From Escherichia coli (GTDB lineage Bacteria > Pseudomonadota > Gammaproteobacteria > Enterobacterales > Enterobacteriaceae): 64,000 bases of DNA. This document shows, in pieces, positions 1 to 10,873 of this stretch (positions within the stretch are counted from its first letter, which is position 1; each line of letters starts with the position of its first letter). Made by a program: the position numbers and the translations under genes. The stretch lies in the NCBI RefSeq assembly GCF_050320075.1, contig NZ_CP190018.1, one strand, 5' to 3'. Below the pieces are notes generated by a model. That model worked only from the letters and a program-made list of their open reading frames with translations, was not told where the DNA came from and did no database searches.

Positions 1-1039
1 GCGCGATGGCCCCGCCGTTGACATTCACTTTCTCAGAATCAAAGCCCAGGGTTTTCCCAACGGCAAGGAACTGTGCAGCAAATGCTTCATTAGCCTCAAT
101 GAGATCAATATCCGCCAGTTGCAGCCCCGCCAGTTGTAACGCTTTTTGCGTGGCAGGTACTGGCCCCATACCCATAAATGCGGGGGGCACGCCACCGCTG
201 GCATAACTTTTAATGCGAGCCAGGGGGGTAAGGCCTGCTGCCAGCGCCGCAGATTCTTCCATAATCACCAGAGCGGCAGCACCGTCGTTAATACCAGACG
301 CGTTCCCGGCGGTGACTGTTCCTGCTTTATCGAAGGCCGGGCGCAATGCGCCTAACGCTTCAGTCGTAGAATCCGCTTTCGGGAATTCGTCTTGACTGAA
401 GACGAAGGTTTTCTTCCGAGTGACAACATTTACCGGGACGATTTCGGCTGTAAAAGCACCGGACTCAATTGCGGCTGCCGCTTTACGCTGTGAATGTAGC
501 GCCAGTTCATCCTGCATTTCTCGGGTAATTCCGTACTCTTTGGCCACGTTCTCGGCGGTAATCCCCATATGATAACCATGGGTGGCGCACATCAGACCAT
601 CGCGCAGGATTACGTCATAAACCTGTCCGTCTCCAAGACGATAACCAGAGCGTGCTTTTGCATCGAGTAAGTAGGGCGCTAAACTCATATTTTCCATACC
701 CCCCGCCACAATGCTTTGCGCCTGACCTGCCTGAATTGCCTGGGCGGCAAGCGCCACACTTTTAAGACCCGAACCACACACTTTATTGACCGTGAATCCG
801 CACACCGTTTCTGCCAGCCCGCTTTTTAACAGTGCCTGACGTGCCGGATTTTGCCCCAACCCGGCTTGCAACACGTTACCCATAATCACTTCATCAATGT
901 GTAGTGAATCGATTCTTGCACGTTCAATGGCGGCTTTAATTACTGTCGCCCCCAGGTCGATGGCGCTGGTGGAAGCGAGTGAGCCGTTAAAACTACCGAT
1001 AGCAGTACGTACCGCACTGACGATGACACAATTTTTCAT
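1..1039 (-). CDS. atoB: acetyl-CoA acetyltransferase (thiolase II), 3' end truncated by window edge
   Basis: Reverse complement of 1021-1039 reads ATG AAA AAT TGT GTC ATC (MKNCVI), the AtoB N-terminus; lies downstream of atoE in ato operon order. C-terminus runs off the window. Confidence 0.85.
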   Translation of the reverse strand, partial: MKNCVIVSAVRTAIGSFNGSLASTSAIDLGATVIKAAIERARIDSLHIDEVIMGNVLQAGLGQNPARQALLKSGLAETVCGFTVNKVCGSGLKSVALAAQAIQAGQAQSIVAGGMENMSLAPYLLDAKARSGYRLGDGQVYDVILRDGLMCATHGYHMGITAENVAKEYGITREMQDELALHSQRKAAAAIESGAFTAEIVPVNVVTRKKTFVFSQDEFPKADSTTEALGALRPAFDKAGTVTAGNASGINDGAAALVIMEESAALAAGLTPLARIKSYASGGVPPAFMGMGPVPATQKALQLAGLQLADIDLIEANEAFAAQFLAVGKTLGFDSEKVNVNGGAIA

Positions 1040-1069
1040 TTTTTATTCCTTCTGTCTGTAGGGTTGCCG

Positions 1070-2392
1070 TCAGAACAGCGTTAAACCAATGACGAAAATG
1101 ACGCCGGAGAAGAGCAGGGCAGTGATGCAATAGCCCATGATGTCGCGGACACCGAGTCCGGCGATTGCCAGTGCTGGCAGCGCCCAGAATGGTTGTGCCA
1201 TGTTCATCCATTGCTCGCCGTAGGCGATCGCCATTACCGATTTACCGAGATCAGCGCCCAGCGCCTGGGCTGCGGGTATCACGAAAGGTCCCTGAATAAC
1301 CCAGTGACCGCCGCCAGACGGAACGGCGAAGTTAATCAGTGCAGAACTAAAAAAGGTCATTACCGGGAAGGTGTCTTTGTTCGCAACATTGATGAAGAAT
1401 TCGGTAATGAGTCCGCCCAGACCGGAGTGCTCCATCATCAGTTGGATCCCAGCGTAGAAGGGGAATTGCACCAAAATACCGGCAGTACTGCGTGCTGCCG
1501 CGCTGATAGCACGCATATAAGCCATTGGCGTTTTATGTAGCAGCAGACCCGCAATCATAAACATCAGGTTGACGGTATTGATGGTGATGTTGAAGCCATG
1601 TTCGCTGAAGTACATCGCAAGGTAAGCGATACCGAGTGCGCCGATGATCAACGTCAGAATGCGGCTTTCTTCCAGTCGCTCGGATGGTGGGGCATCTTTC
1701 GGTAGCTGCTTTTGGAAATCAGCCTCTTCCATGAGTAGTTTCGGATCGATACTCACCACGTCAGACGGTTTTGGCATCATCATGCGGGTGATAAATGGCA
1801 TCACCACAATCAACGCCACAGTGATGAAAATATTAAAACCACTGAACAGAGTATCGCCCACCGGGATCAGCCCGGCGATATGCTCAACCGGGTTGCCCGG
1901 TGTTGCAGCCAACAGAGGCATTGAGCCAGAGAAACCGCCACCCCAGGTGAGAAAACCAATGTAGGCGCAGGCAATGAGCAACGGATAATCAGAACCGGGT
2001 ACTCGGCGGGCGACTTCACGGGCAAACATTGCGCCGACAACCAAACCAAATCCCCAGTTGATGACACAAGCGACTGAACCGAAGAAAGTAACCAGCATGA
2101 CGCCCTGTACGGGCGTCTTTGCGGCGGAGGCGGCAGTACGCAGCAAACTTTTTACCGGAGCAGAGCTGGCAAGGGCATGACCGGTAACGATGATAAGCGC
2201 CATCTGCATACCAAACGCCAGCAAGTTCCAGAAACCGTCACCCCACATTTTCACCATGCTGATCGGCGTTTGTGGTGTTAACCAAAGCGCGATCACGAAA
2301 GTTAGCAATGTCAGCAACATGGCAAAGATCAGTGGATCGGGAAGCCACCGGCTGACAAAACGCGTCATAAAACGCGATATGCGACCAATCAT
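1070..2392 (-). CDS. atoE: short-chain fatty acid transporter
   Basis: 440-aa ORF, polytopic membrane protein; position between atoA and atoB. Confidence 0.85.
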   Translation of the reverse strand: MIGRISRFMTRFVSRWLPDPLIFAMLLTLLTFVIALWLTPQTPISMVKMWGDGFWNLLAFGMQMALIIVTGHALASSAPVKSLLRTAASAAKTPVQGVMLVTFFGSVACVINWGFGLVVGAMFAREVARRVPGSDYPLLIACAYIGFLTWGGGFSGSMPLLAATPGNPVEHIAGLIPVGDTLFSGFNIFITVALIVVMPFITRMMMPKPSDVVSIDPKLLMEEADFQKQLPKDAPPSERLEESRILTLIIGALGIAYLAMYFSEHGFNITINTVNLMFMIAGLLLHKTPMAYMRAISAAARSTAGILVQFPFYAGIQLMMEHSGLGGLITEFFINVANKDTFPVMTFFSSALINFAVPSGGGHWVIQGPFVIPAAQALGADLGKSVMAIAYGEQWMNMAQPFWALPALAIAGLGVRDIMGYCITALLFSGVIFVIGLTLF

Positions 2393-3039
2393 AAATCACC
2401 CCGTTGCGTATTCAGATCGGCGGCGACTTCAAACCGAGCTTCTGTTTTGGCACGCACGGTGGCTAAATCACACCCGTCGGCAATTTCGGTGAGCCACATT
2501 TTGCCGTCAATAAAACGAAAGACAGCCAGTTCAGTAACCAGCATATGCACCGCATGTTGCGCAGTGAGTGGCATGGTGCAGCGGCGCAAAATTTTTGCTG
2601 AACCATCTTTGGCACAATGTTCCATGGCGATGATCACTTTGCGCGACCCGGTCACCAGATCCATCGCGCCACCCATACCGGGCACCATTTTCCCAGGCAC
2701 TACCCAGTTCGCGAGGTTTGCTTCTTCGTCTACTTGCAAACCGCCGAGCACGCAGGCATCAATATGACCGCCGCGGATTAGCGCAAATGACATGGCGCTA
2801 TCAAACATGGCTGCACCGGGTAAAACACCGCACGGTTGTCCGCCAGCGTTCACCAGATCTGGATGCGCTGTCGTGACCGGGCCTAAACCGAGGAAGCCGT
2901 TTTCCGATTGCAGAGTGATATGAATACCCTCCGGTAAATAATTGGCGACCATTGTGGGTAAACCGATCCCTAAGTTAACGATGTCACCATCACGAAGCTC
3001 TTGCGCCACACGGCGCGCAATACGTTGTTTCGCATCCAT
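2389..3039 (-). CDS. atoA: acetate CoA-transferase beta subunit
   Basis: 216-aa ORF; 4-nt overlap with atoE start; CoA-transferase-like sequence. Confidence 0.85.
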   Translation of the reverse strand: MDAKQRIARRVAQELRDGDIVNLGIGLPTMVANYLPEGIHITLQSENGFLGLGPVTTAHPDLVNAGGQPCGVLPGAAMFDSAMSFALIRGGHIDACVLGGLQVDEEANLANWVVPGKMVPGMGGAMDLVTGSRKVIIAMEHCAKDGSAKILRRCTMPLTAQHAVHMLVTELAVFRFIDGKMWLTEIADGCDLATVRAKTEARFEVAADLNTQRGDL

Positions 3040-3701
3040 TATTTGCTCTCCTGTGAAACGATGATGTGGTCGATAACGGCACCAGGGGTGACAATATGGT
3101 CAGGTTGCAGCTCGCCGGTTTCGACCAGTTCATCTGGCTCTACCAGTGTGATATCAGCCGCAAGGGCTATCAGGGGGTTAAAGTTGCGGGCGCTAAGTTG
3201 ATAGGTCAGGTTGCCAAGTGTGTCGCAACGATGAGCGCGAATTAGCGCCAGGTCGGCGCGCAGTGGGCGTTCGAGCAGCCAGGTTTTACCGTCGAGTGTC
3301 AGTGTCTGTTTGCCTTCCTCTACGACGGTGCCGACACCCGTTGGGGTGAGAAAACCACCAAGTCCAGCTCCACCACAGCGAATTTGCTCGATTAGCGTAC
3401 CTTGCGGCACCAGAACGACGTCCATCTCACCAGATATCATGCGCCGACCTGTTTCCGGGTTGGTGCCGATATGTGAAGCAATCACTTTGCGGACTCGACC
3501 ATTGACGATGAGCGGACCGATGCCAGTATCAACAAACGCGGTATCATTGGCTATCAATGTCAGGTCGCGAACACCAGATTCCAGTAATGCTTCAACCAGG
3601 CGGGATGGAGTGCCAATCCCCATAAATCCGCCCACCATGATGGTCATGCCGTCACGAAAGAAGCCGGTGGCATCTTGTAATGTCATCAATTTTGTTTTCA
3701 T
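3039..3701 (-). CDS. atoD: acetate CoA-transferase alpha subunit
   Basis: 220-aa ORF with [13 protein letters not shown] CoA-transferase motif; first gene of atoDAEB. Confidence 0.85.
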   Translation of the reverse strand: MKTKLMTLQDATGFFRDGMTIMVGGFMGIGTPSRLVEALLESGVRDLTLIANDTAFVDTGIGPLIVNGRVRKVIASHIGTNPETGRRMISGEMDVVLVPQGTLIEQIRCGGAGLGGFLTPTGVGTVVEEGKQTLTLDGKTWLLERPLRADLALIRAHRCDTLGNLTYQLSARNFNPLIALAADITLVEPDELVETGELQPDHIVTPGAVIDHIIVSQESK

Positions 3702-3746
3702 TTTTTATCCCTCTTGCATACACCGTTGTGGGTACAGTCAGGGAAT

Positions 3747-3762
3747 AGCAAGGGGAGTGCCA
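3747..3762 (-). promoter_or_regulatory. sigma-54 (-24/-12) promoter of atoDAEB
   Basis: Minus strand reads CTGGCAC-tcccc-TTGCT, matching TGGCAC-N5-TTGCA; about 45 nt upstream of the atoD start. Confidence 0.7.
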
Positions 3763-3844
3763 GAATGAGATTATTGGGTTTTGTTATTTAACTAATTGAA
3801 TATGAAGGGATAAATTGGATGAGGATTTATAAGGAGAATGAGCG

Positions 3845-3885
3845 GCTATGCAGAAAATTGCGCACTGTGCAAATATCTGCATAGC
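3845..3885. promoter_or_regulatory. AtoC upstream activating site (palindromic ~40-bp enhancer)
   Basis: GCTATGCAGAAAATTGCGCA-ctg-TGCAAATATCTGCATAGC, an inverted repeat centred ~130 bp upstream of the sigma-54 promoter; consistent with an enhancer for the sigma-54 activator AtoC. Confidence 0.6.
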
Positions 3886-3896
3886 AAGTTTTGGCG

Positions 3897-5282
3897 TTAT
3901 ACATCCGCCGGATCGATACCGTATTCCTGGAGTTTATACATCAATGCACGGCGACTGATGCCCAGCATTAAAGCAGTGCGGGTTCGGTTTCCTTCTTGTT
4001 GTTCCAGCACTTCCATAATGATGCGTTTTTCGACGCGTTTAATTTCCTCTTTTAAATTACGCTCACCGACAGGGGCTGTTTTTGCCTCACCAGCATTACA
4101 GACTGGCTGACGAATCTGCGGCGGAAGATCCTCAGAGAAAATGATCGGGCCTGAGTTCATCACGACGGCGCGTTCAATAACGTTGGAAAGCTCTCGAATA
4201 TTTCCCGGCCATGACCAGGCGGTAAGCAGTGACATTGCCATCGGATCGATGTCGATAATATCGCGCTGATTCTCACTACTGAATTTTTGCAAAAAGTGAT
4301 TAGCTAACAGGGAAATATCTTCCCGGCGATCGCGCAGAGGCGGCAGTATTAAATGAATAACGTTAAGGCGATAAAAGAGATCTTCACGGAAGGTGCCTTC
4401 TTTTACCATTGCCTGCAAGTCACGGTTGGTGGCAGCAATGATGCGGATATCAACTTTTATGGTCTGATGGCCGCCAATCCGTTCAAATTCCCGTTCCTGC
4501 AGAATGCGTAGTAATTTGGCTTGCAGTACGAGCGGCATTTCGCCAATTTCGTCGAGGAGCAGAGTACCTTCGTTGGCACGTTCAAATAATCCCTGACGCA
4601 AGGTTTGTGCACCAGTAAATGCACCTTTTTCATGACCAAACAGTTCACTTTCGAGCAACGATTCCGGCAGCGCCGCGCAGTTGACTTTAATGAACGGCCC
4701 CTTTGCCCGCCGCGAATTGTAGTGAATCGCTCTGGCAATCAACTCTTTCCCGGTGCCGCTTTCACCGCTAATCAAGACGCTGGCCTGAGAAAGGGCAATT
4801 TTGGCGGTGTCTTTGCAGATATCCATCATCGCAGGGCTGTTGGTGAGAATGTGCCCCCATTGCCAGCTGGTGCTCAGTGCCTGGTGCAGATGACGGATCT
4901 CTTTTTTCATTGACTGGAGTTGTAAAGCGCGCTGAACGATTAAATTCAACTCATCGAGATCAAACGGTTTGATAACATAGTCGAAGGCCCCGCAGCGTAG
5001 CGCTTCGACGGCGGTTTCCACTTCAGCATAGGCCGTCATCAGAATAACGGGGGTCCGTGTCTCATGGCTGCGCATCTCCTTGAGTGCCTTGATGCCGTCC
5101 ATCTCTGGCATGCGGATATCCATCAACACCACGTCAGGGTGAATATCGGCAAACAGGTGTAATGCTGTGCGTCCGTTGTTCGCACAATGTGTTTCGAATC
5201 CTTGTAGTGCAAAAGCGGTGCTCAGCATACGGCGAACATTATCTTCATCATCCACAATAAGGATGCGATTAATAGCAGTCAT
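3897..5282 (-). CDS. atoC: sigma-54-dependent response regulator (NtrC family)
   Basis: 461-aa ORF: receiver domain (VDDEDNVRRM...D), AAA+ sigma-54 activator core (GESGTGKE, GAFTGA) and C-terminal HTH. Confidence 0.9.
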   Translation of the reverse strand: MTAINRILIVDDEDNVRRMLSTAFALQGFETHCANNGRTALHLFADIHPDVVLMDIRMPEMDGIKALKEMRSHETRTPVILMTAYAEVETAVEALRCGAFDYVIKPFDLDELNLIVQRALQLQSMKKEIRHLHQALSTSWQWGHILTNSPAMMDICKDTAKIALSQASVLISGESGTGKELIARAIHYNSRRAKGPFIKVNCAALPESLLESELFGHEKGAFTGAQTLRQGLFERANEGTLLLDEIGEMPLVLQAKLLRILQEREFERIGGHQTIKVDIRIIAATNRDLQAMVKEGTFREDLFYRLNVIHLILPPLRDRREDISLLANHFLQKFSSENQRDIIDIDPMAMSLLTAWSWPGNIRELSNVIERAVVMNSGPIIFSEDLPPQIRQPVCNAGEAKTAPVGERNLKEEIKRVEKRIIMEVLEQQEGNRTRTALMLGISRRALMYKLQEYGIDPADV

Positions 5283-7105
5283 ACAGTCTGATTTCCCTGC
5301 GGATTGATCGGTAAAATAAGCGTGAAGGTTGCGCCGTAGCCCGGCAAACTGGCGACGCGAATATCACCCTGATGGGCATTAATGATGCGTTGACTTAACG
5401 CCAGACCAAGCCCGGTTCCAGAGGCTTTGGTGGTGAAAAAGGGATCGAAGATCTTTTTTTGCAGCGAGAGATCAATGCCACAGCCGTTGTCCTCTATCGA
5501 AATGGCCTGTTGTGAGTCGCTGTATTGCCAGGTTTGAATGCGAATTTTCCCTCGTGCGCTGATAGCCTGGACGGCATTGATCAGGATATTCAGTAGTACC
5601 TGTTTGAGCAGTTCACGATCGGCGTTAATCGGGTTTAATTCATTATCCAGTTCGCTTATGAAGTCGACCCGCGCTTGTACGCCGGCGGTTTGTACCAGTA
5701 CCAGAGTTTCTTCAACCAATGCATTGAGACTGACTTGTTGCCATTGACTGTGGCGTGGACGTGAAAATTCGAGCAATTGCTGAATAACTTTGTTAATTGA
5801 ATCGATTTCTTTGAGTACTACGGACAGATATTCCTGATGTATTAGGTCGCTGGTTTGTTGGCGCAAGATCTGTACATAACCACGAATAGCCGTTAGCGGA
5901 TTACGTACTTCATGCGCGACGCCAGCCATCAGCTCACCCAGTGTGGCGAGGCGTTCTGCTTGCGCCATGCGGCGCTGGGTTTCTTTGCGGGCAGTTAAAT
6001 CAGAGAAAATCACCAAAGCACCTATCATTTCACCATGCGTGTTATGAATACGACTGGTAGTGACACTGAGTTCAATGGTGCGGTCACGGCCTGGAAAACT
6101 GATCTCCAGCGCTACATGTTCGGTGCCATGTTCCAGCGTATCCAGTACTGGACTGTAGAACTGAGTATTGTCGAACAACATGGAGTAAGGCTGCCCTACC
6201 AGTTCATGACGTTGATAGCCAGTGATGACTTCTGCTGCCGGGTTCATGGTGGTTACATCACCCTGGCGGTCAATGGCAATGACGCCATCGGCAGCGTTTT
6301 CAATAATCAGATCGTTAAGTGTCCGCGTTTCACGCAGTGCCTGGGCGAGGTTGTTAACACTCTGACTGATTTGCCCCATTTCACCGGGCAATTGTGGTAA
6401 TCGAGTGGGAATATTTTGTGCCAGAGTCGAGAGGCCATCGGTGATGATATCAATATTGGCGCTCAGGCGACGGGAGAAAAGGACAATCAACAGCAGGCTT
6501 ATCAGCAAACCGGCGGTGAGCACAATGATAATCCTCACATCCATTTTCCAGGCCTGGCGGCGAATATCTTCGGTTAATTCATTGGCCCAGATATAGCCGA
6601 GGATTTCACCATTACGCTCAATGGGGATCATTGAATTCAAAATATCGCCGCGCACCTGCCTGCCTGAATAAACCAAAGGGGTATTTGTACGCATGACTTC
6701 GCGACCAGGGTGATCTGCGGCAATGGTAACGCCGACATTATTCTGATATAGCGCTGAAGGCGCGTAGGTGATTATCGCATCCAGCGTTTTGTTGTAATAA
6801 CCAGCGCCGATGCCAGGGAAGGCGTGAGTGATATTTTCGGTAATGGGGGCAAGTTCTGCATTTAATGCGCGGATACGCTCCTCACGTGGTAAGTCGATGT
6901 AGAGATCATAGCGATCGCCTAGTGCCTGATTAAGCAGGTTGACCACGGCAGAAAGTTTTTTCTCTTTTTCAGATAAGACTGCTGAACGTCCTTCCGTTTC
7001 TACGATATAACCAATAGTAAGCGTTGGGACAATGACCATCAGGATTGCCATCAGAATCATTTGATTGCGTAAGCGGCGTGGATAAATCCACTTCATATAA
7101 TGCAT
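5279..7105 (-). CDS. atoS: sensor histidine kinase
   Basis: About 608 aa from MHYMKW start (ORF track extends 4 codons upstream); TM segments, PAS-like region, H-box (HEVRNPLTAI) and HATPase motifs; 4-nt overlap with atoC. Confidence 0.85.
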   Translation of the reverse strand: MHYMKWIYPRRLRNQMILMAILMVIVPTLTIGYIVETEGRSAVLSEKEKKLSAVVNLLNQALGDRYDLYIDLPREERIRALNAELAPITENITHAFPGIGAGYYNKTLDAIITYAPSALYQNNVGVTIAADHPGREVMRTNTPLVYSGRQVRGDILNSMIPIERNGEILGYIWANELTEDIRRQAWKMDVRIIIVLTAGLLISLLLIVLFSRRLSANIDIITDGLSTLAQNIPTRLPQLPGEMGQISQSVNNLAQALRETRTLNDLIIENAADGVIAIDRQGDVTTMNPAAEVITGYQRHELVGQPYSMLFDNTQFYSPVLDTLEHGTEHVALEISFPGRDRTIELSVTTSRIHNTHGEMIGALVIFSDLTARKETQRRMAQAERLATLGELMAGVAHEVRNPLTAIRGYVQILRQQTSDLIHQEYLSVVLKEIDSINKVIQQLLEFSRPRHSQWQQVSLNALVEETLVLVQTAGVQARVDFISELDNELNPINADRELLKQVLLNILINAVQAISARGKIRIQTWQYSDSQQAISIEDNGCGIDLSLQKKIFDPFFTTKASGTGLGLALSQRIINAHQGDIRVASLPGYGATFTLILPINPQGNQTV

Positions 7106-7271
7106 GCTGAAATCCACTAGTCTTGTCCGGTATATGACGATTATCAGAGGTTAAGGTGATGATTTCTCGGCGGTGTATCATATTCCAGAGAAGAGAGAAC
7201 ATTGCGGTAACACGCTTTTACCGCTACCTTAACCACACTCCATCGGTCACCTGAGGCGGAGCTTCGCCCCT

Positions 7272-10121
7272 TTGAAATACCTTGCTTCTTTTCGTACAAC
7301 CCTGAAAGCCTCGCGCTACATGTTCAGAGCATTGGCGTTAGTGCTCTGGCTGTTGATTGCTTTTTCATCCGTTTTTTACATCGTTAATGCGTTACATCAG
7401 CGAGAATCGGAAATTCGTCAGGAATTTAATCTGAGTTCCGATCAGGCTCAGCGCTTTATTCAACGTACCTCTGATGTGATGAAAGAGCTGAAGTACATCG
7501 CTGAAAATCGCTTATCGGCAGAAAACGGTGTGCTTTCCCCGCGTGGACGAGAAACGCAGGCGGATGTGCCTGCGTTTGAACCGCTGTTTGCCGACTCCGA
7601 TTGTTCCGCAATGAGTAACACCTGGCGAGGCTCTCTGGAGTCATTGGCGTGGTTTATGCGCTACTGGCGCGATAATTTCTCTGCGGCTTACGATCTCAAC
7701 CGGGTATTTTTAATCGGCAGCGATAACCTCTGCATGGCCAATTTCGGTCTGCGTGATATGCCAGTGGAACGCGATACCGCGTTGAAAGCGTTGCATGAAC
7801 GCATTAATAAATATCGAAATGCACCACAAGATGATAGTGGCAGTAACCTCTACTGGATCAGCGAAGGTCCGCGCCCTGGCGTCGGGTATTTTTACGCGTT
7901 GACGCCAGTTTATCTGGCGAACCGGTTGCAGGCGCTTTTGGGTGTCGAGCAGACTATCCGGATGGAGAATTTTTTCTTACCTGGTACGTTGCCGATGGGG
8001 GTTACCATTCTTGATGAAAATGGTCATACCCTGATTTCGCTTACCGGACCAGAAAGTAAAATTAAGGGCGATCCTCGCTGGATGCAGGAACGCTCCTGGT
8101 TTGGCTATACGGAAGGGTTCCGGGAGCTGGTGCTGAAGAAAAATCTGCCACCCTCATCGCTAAGCATCGTGTATTCGGTGCCGGTTGATAAGGTGCTGGA
8201 ACGCATTCGCATGTTGATCCTTAACGCAATTTTGCTGAATGTGCTTGCCGGAGCTGCATTGTTTACTCTCGCGCGGATGTACGAGCGACGTATTTTCATT
8301 CCGGCGGAAAGCGACGCCCTGCGACTGGAAGAACATGAGCAGTTTAATCGCAAGATTGTCGCCTCCGCGCCAGTGGGTATCTGCATTTTGCGTACCGCTG
8401 ATGGCGTCAATATTTTAAGTAACGAACTGGCGCATACCTATCTCAATATGCTTACGCATGAGGATCGCCAACGGCTGACACAAATTATCTGTGGGCAGCA
8501 GGTCAATTTTGTTGATGTCCTGACCAGCAACAATACCAATCTGCAAATCAGCTTCGTCCATTCGCGCTATCGTAATGAAAACGTGGCCATTTGTGTGCTG
8601 GTGGATGTTTCTTCGCGCGTGAAGATGGAAGAGTCGTTGCAGGAGATGGCACAAGCAGCGGAACAGGCGAGCCAGTCAAAATCGATGTTCCTTGCCACCG
8701 TCAGTCATGAGCTGCGAACGCCGCTGTATGGCATTATCGGTAACCTGGATCTGTTGCAAACCAAAGAGTTACCGAAAGGCGTCGATCGTCTGGTGACGGC
8801 AATGAACAACTCTTCCAGCCTGTTGTTGAAAATTATCAGCGATATTCTCGATTTCTCGAAGATTGAATCGGAACAGTTGAAGATCGAACCGCGTGAGTTT
8901 TCACCGCGTGAAGTGATGAACCACATCACCGCCAACTATTTACCGCTGGTGGTACGCAAGCAGTTAGGCTTGTACTGCTTTATTGAACCGGATGTGCCAG
9001 TGGCCTTAAATGGCGACCCGATGCGTTTACAGCAGGTCATCTCCAACCTGTTGAGTAACGCCATAAAATTCACCGATACCGGCTGTATAGTTTTGCATGT
9101 TCGCACTGATGGCGATTATCTCTCTATCCGTGTTCGCGATACCGGCGTGGGGATTCCGGCGAAAGAAGTGGTGCGCTTGTTTGATCCCTTCTTCCAGGTC
9201 GGAACGGGCGTACAGCGTAACTTCCAGGGGACCGGTCTGGGTCTGGCGATTTGTGAAAAACTGATCAGCATGATGGACGGCGATATCTCGGTAGATTCAG
9301 AACCGGGAATGGGTAGCCAGTTTACCGTGCGTATTCCGTTGTACGGCGCTCAGTACCCGCAGAAAAAAGGCGTGGAAGGGTTGAGTGGTAAACGCTGCTG
9401 GCTGGCGGTCCGCAATGCGTCGCTCTGTCAGTTCCTGGAAACCAGTTTGCAGCGCAGCGGCATCGTCGTTACAACATACGAAGGGCAGGAACCGACTCCC
9501 GAAGATGTGTTAATTACTGACGAGGTAGTGAGTAAAAAATGGCAGGGTAGAGCGGTAGTGACCTTCTGTCGTCGCCATATTGGTATTCCGCTGGAGAAAG
9601 CGCCAGGGGAGTGGGTACACAGTGTGGCTGCCCCGCATGAGCTACCGGCATTGTTGGCGCGTATTTATTTGATCGAGATGGAGAGCGACGATCCTGCTAA
9701 CGCTCTGCCGTTAACGGACAAAGCGGTCAGCGATAACGACGATATGATGATTCTGGTCGTGGATGATCATCCGATTAACCGGCGTCTGCTGGCAGATCAG
9801 TTGGGATCGTTGGGCTATCAATGTAAAACCGCGAATGATGGCGTCGATGCGCTTAATGTACTTAGCAAGAATCATATTGATATCGTGCTTAGCGACGTCA
9901 ACATGCCAAATATGGATGGTTACCGCTTGACGCAACGCATTCGTCAGTTGGGACTGACGTTGCCGGTAATCGGAGTAACTGCTAATGCGTTGGCTGAAGA
10001 GAAGCAGCGGTGTCTGGAGTCTGGTATGGACAGCTGCCTGTCGAAGCCGGTAACGCTGGATGTGATAAAACAGACGCTAACGGTATATGCCGAGAGGGTC
10101 AGGAAATCGCGGGATTCGTAG
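7272..10121 (+). CDS. rcsC: hybrid sensor histidine kinase of the Rcs phosphorelay
   Basis: 949-aa ORF; H-box SHELRTPL, HATPase domain, C-terminal receiver domain (VVDDHPINRRL...D); convergent with rcsB. Confidence 0.9.
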   Translation: MKYLASFRTTLKASRYMFRALALVLWLLIAFSSVFYIVNALHQRESEIRQEFNLSSDQAQRFIQRTSDVMKELKYIAENRLSAENGVLSPRGRETQADVPAFEPLFADSDCSAMSNTWRGSLESLAWFMRYWRDNFSAAYDLNRVFLIGSDNLCMANFGLRDMPVERDTALKALHERINKYRNAPQDDSGSNLYWISEGPRPGVGYFYALTPVYLANRLQALLGVEQTIRMENFFLPGTLPMGVTILDENGHTLISLTGPESKIKGDPRWMQERSWFGYTEGFRELVLKKNLPPSSLSIVYSVPVDKVLERIRMLILNAILLNVLAGAALFTLARMYERRIFIPAESDALRLEEHEQFNRKIVASAPVGICILRTADGVNILSNELAHTYLNMLTHEDRQRLTQIICGQQVNFVDVLTSNNTNLQISFVHSRYRNENVAICVLVDVSSRVKMEESLQEMAQAAEQASQSKSMFLATVSHELRTPLYGIIGNLDLLQTKELPKGVDRLVTAMNNSSSLLLKIISDILDFSKIESEQLKIEPREFSPREVMNHITANYLPLVVRKQLGLYCFIEPDVPVALNGDPMRLQQVISNLLSNAIKFTDTGCIVLHVRTDGDYLSIRVRDTGVGIPAKEVVRLFDPFFQVGTGVQRNFQGTGLGLAICEKLISMMDGDISVDSEPGMGSQFTVRIPLYGAQYPQKKGVEGLSGKRCWLAVRNASLCQFLETSLQRSGIVVTTYEGQEPTPEDVLITDEVVSKKWQGRAVVTFCRRHIGIPLEKAPGEWVHSVAAPHELPALLARIYLIEMESDDPANALPLTDKAVSDNDDMMILVVDDHPINRRLLADQLGSLGYQCKTANDGVDALNVLSKNHIDIVLSDVNMPNMDGYRLTQRIRQLGLTLPVIGVTANALAEEKQRCLESGMDSCLSKPVTLDVIKQTLTVYAERVRKSRDS

Positions 10122-10200
10122 GGCGGATAAGGCGTTTACGCCGCATCTGGCATTCAGTGCAAATGCCAGATGCGACGCTGACGCGTCTTATCTGGCCTAC
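10121..10200. repeat. REP/BIME-type extragenic palindromes between convergent rcsC and rcsB
   Basis: GCGGATAAGGCGTTTACGCCGCATCTGGCA and TGCCAGATGCGACGCTGACGCGTCTTATCTGGCCTAC are typical REP units. Confidence 0.7.
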
Positions 10201-10206
10201 AGATGA

Positions 10207-10857
10207 TTAGTCTTTATCTGCCGGACTTAAGGTCACAGAAGAGAGATAATTCAGCAGAGCAATATCGTTCTCGACACCCAGCTTCATCATCGCAGATTTC
10301 TTCTGGCTACTGATGGTTTTAATACTGCGGTTCAGCTTTTTAGCGATCTCGGTCACCAGGAAGCCTTCCGCAAACAGGCGCAGAACTTCACTCTCTTTTG
10401 GCGAGAGACGCTTGTCACCGTAACCACCAGCACTGATTTTTTCCAACAGGCGAGAAACGCTTTCCGGGGTAAATTTCTTCCCTTTCTGCAGCGCGGCGAG
10501 AGCTTTCGGCAGATCGGTCGGTGCACCTTGTTTCAGCACGATCCCTTCGATATCCAGATCCAATACCGCACTAAGAATCGCCGGGTTGTTGTTCATGGTC
10601 AGAACGATGATCGACAGGCTTGGGAAATGGCGCTTGATGTACTTGATTAAGGTAATGCCATCGCCGTACTTATCGCCAGGCATGGAGAGATCGGTAATCA
10701 ACACATGCGCATCCAGTTTCGGCAGGTTGTTGATCAGTGCTGTAGAGTCTTCAAATTCGCCGACAACATTCACCCACTCAATTTGCTCAAGTGATTTGCG
10801 AATACCGAACAAGACTATCGGATGGTCATCGGCAATAATTACGTTCATATTGTTCAT
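10207..10857 (-). CDS. rcsB: response regulator RcsB (LuxR/FixJ family)
   Basis: 216 aa from MNNMNVIIADDHPIV; receiver domain plus C-terminal LuxR-type HTH. ORF track start at 10902 is an in-frame upstream extension. Confidence 0.9.
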   Translation of the reverse strand: MNNMNVIIADDHPIVLFGIRKSLEQIEWVNVVGEFEDSTALINNLPKLDAHVLITDLSMPGDKYGDGITLIKYIKRHFPSLSIIVLTMNNNPAILSAVLDLDIEGIVLKQGAPTDLPKALAALQKGKKFTPESVSRLLEKISAGGYGDKRLSPKESEVLRLFAEGFLVTEIAKKLNRSIKTISSQKKSAMMKLGVENDIALLNYLSSVTLSPADKD

Positions 10858-10873
10858 GTAATAGGCTACCTTG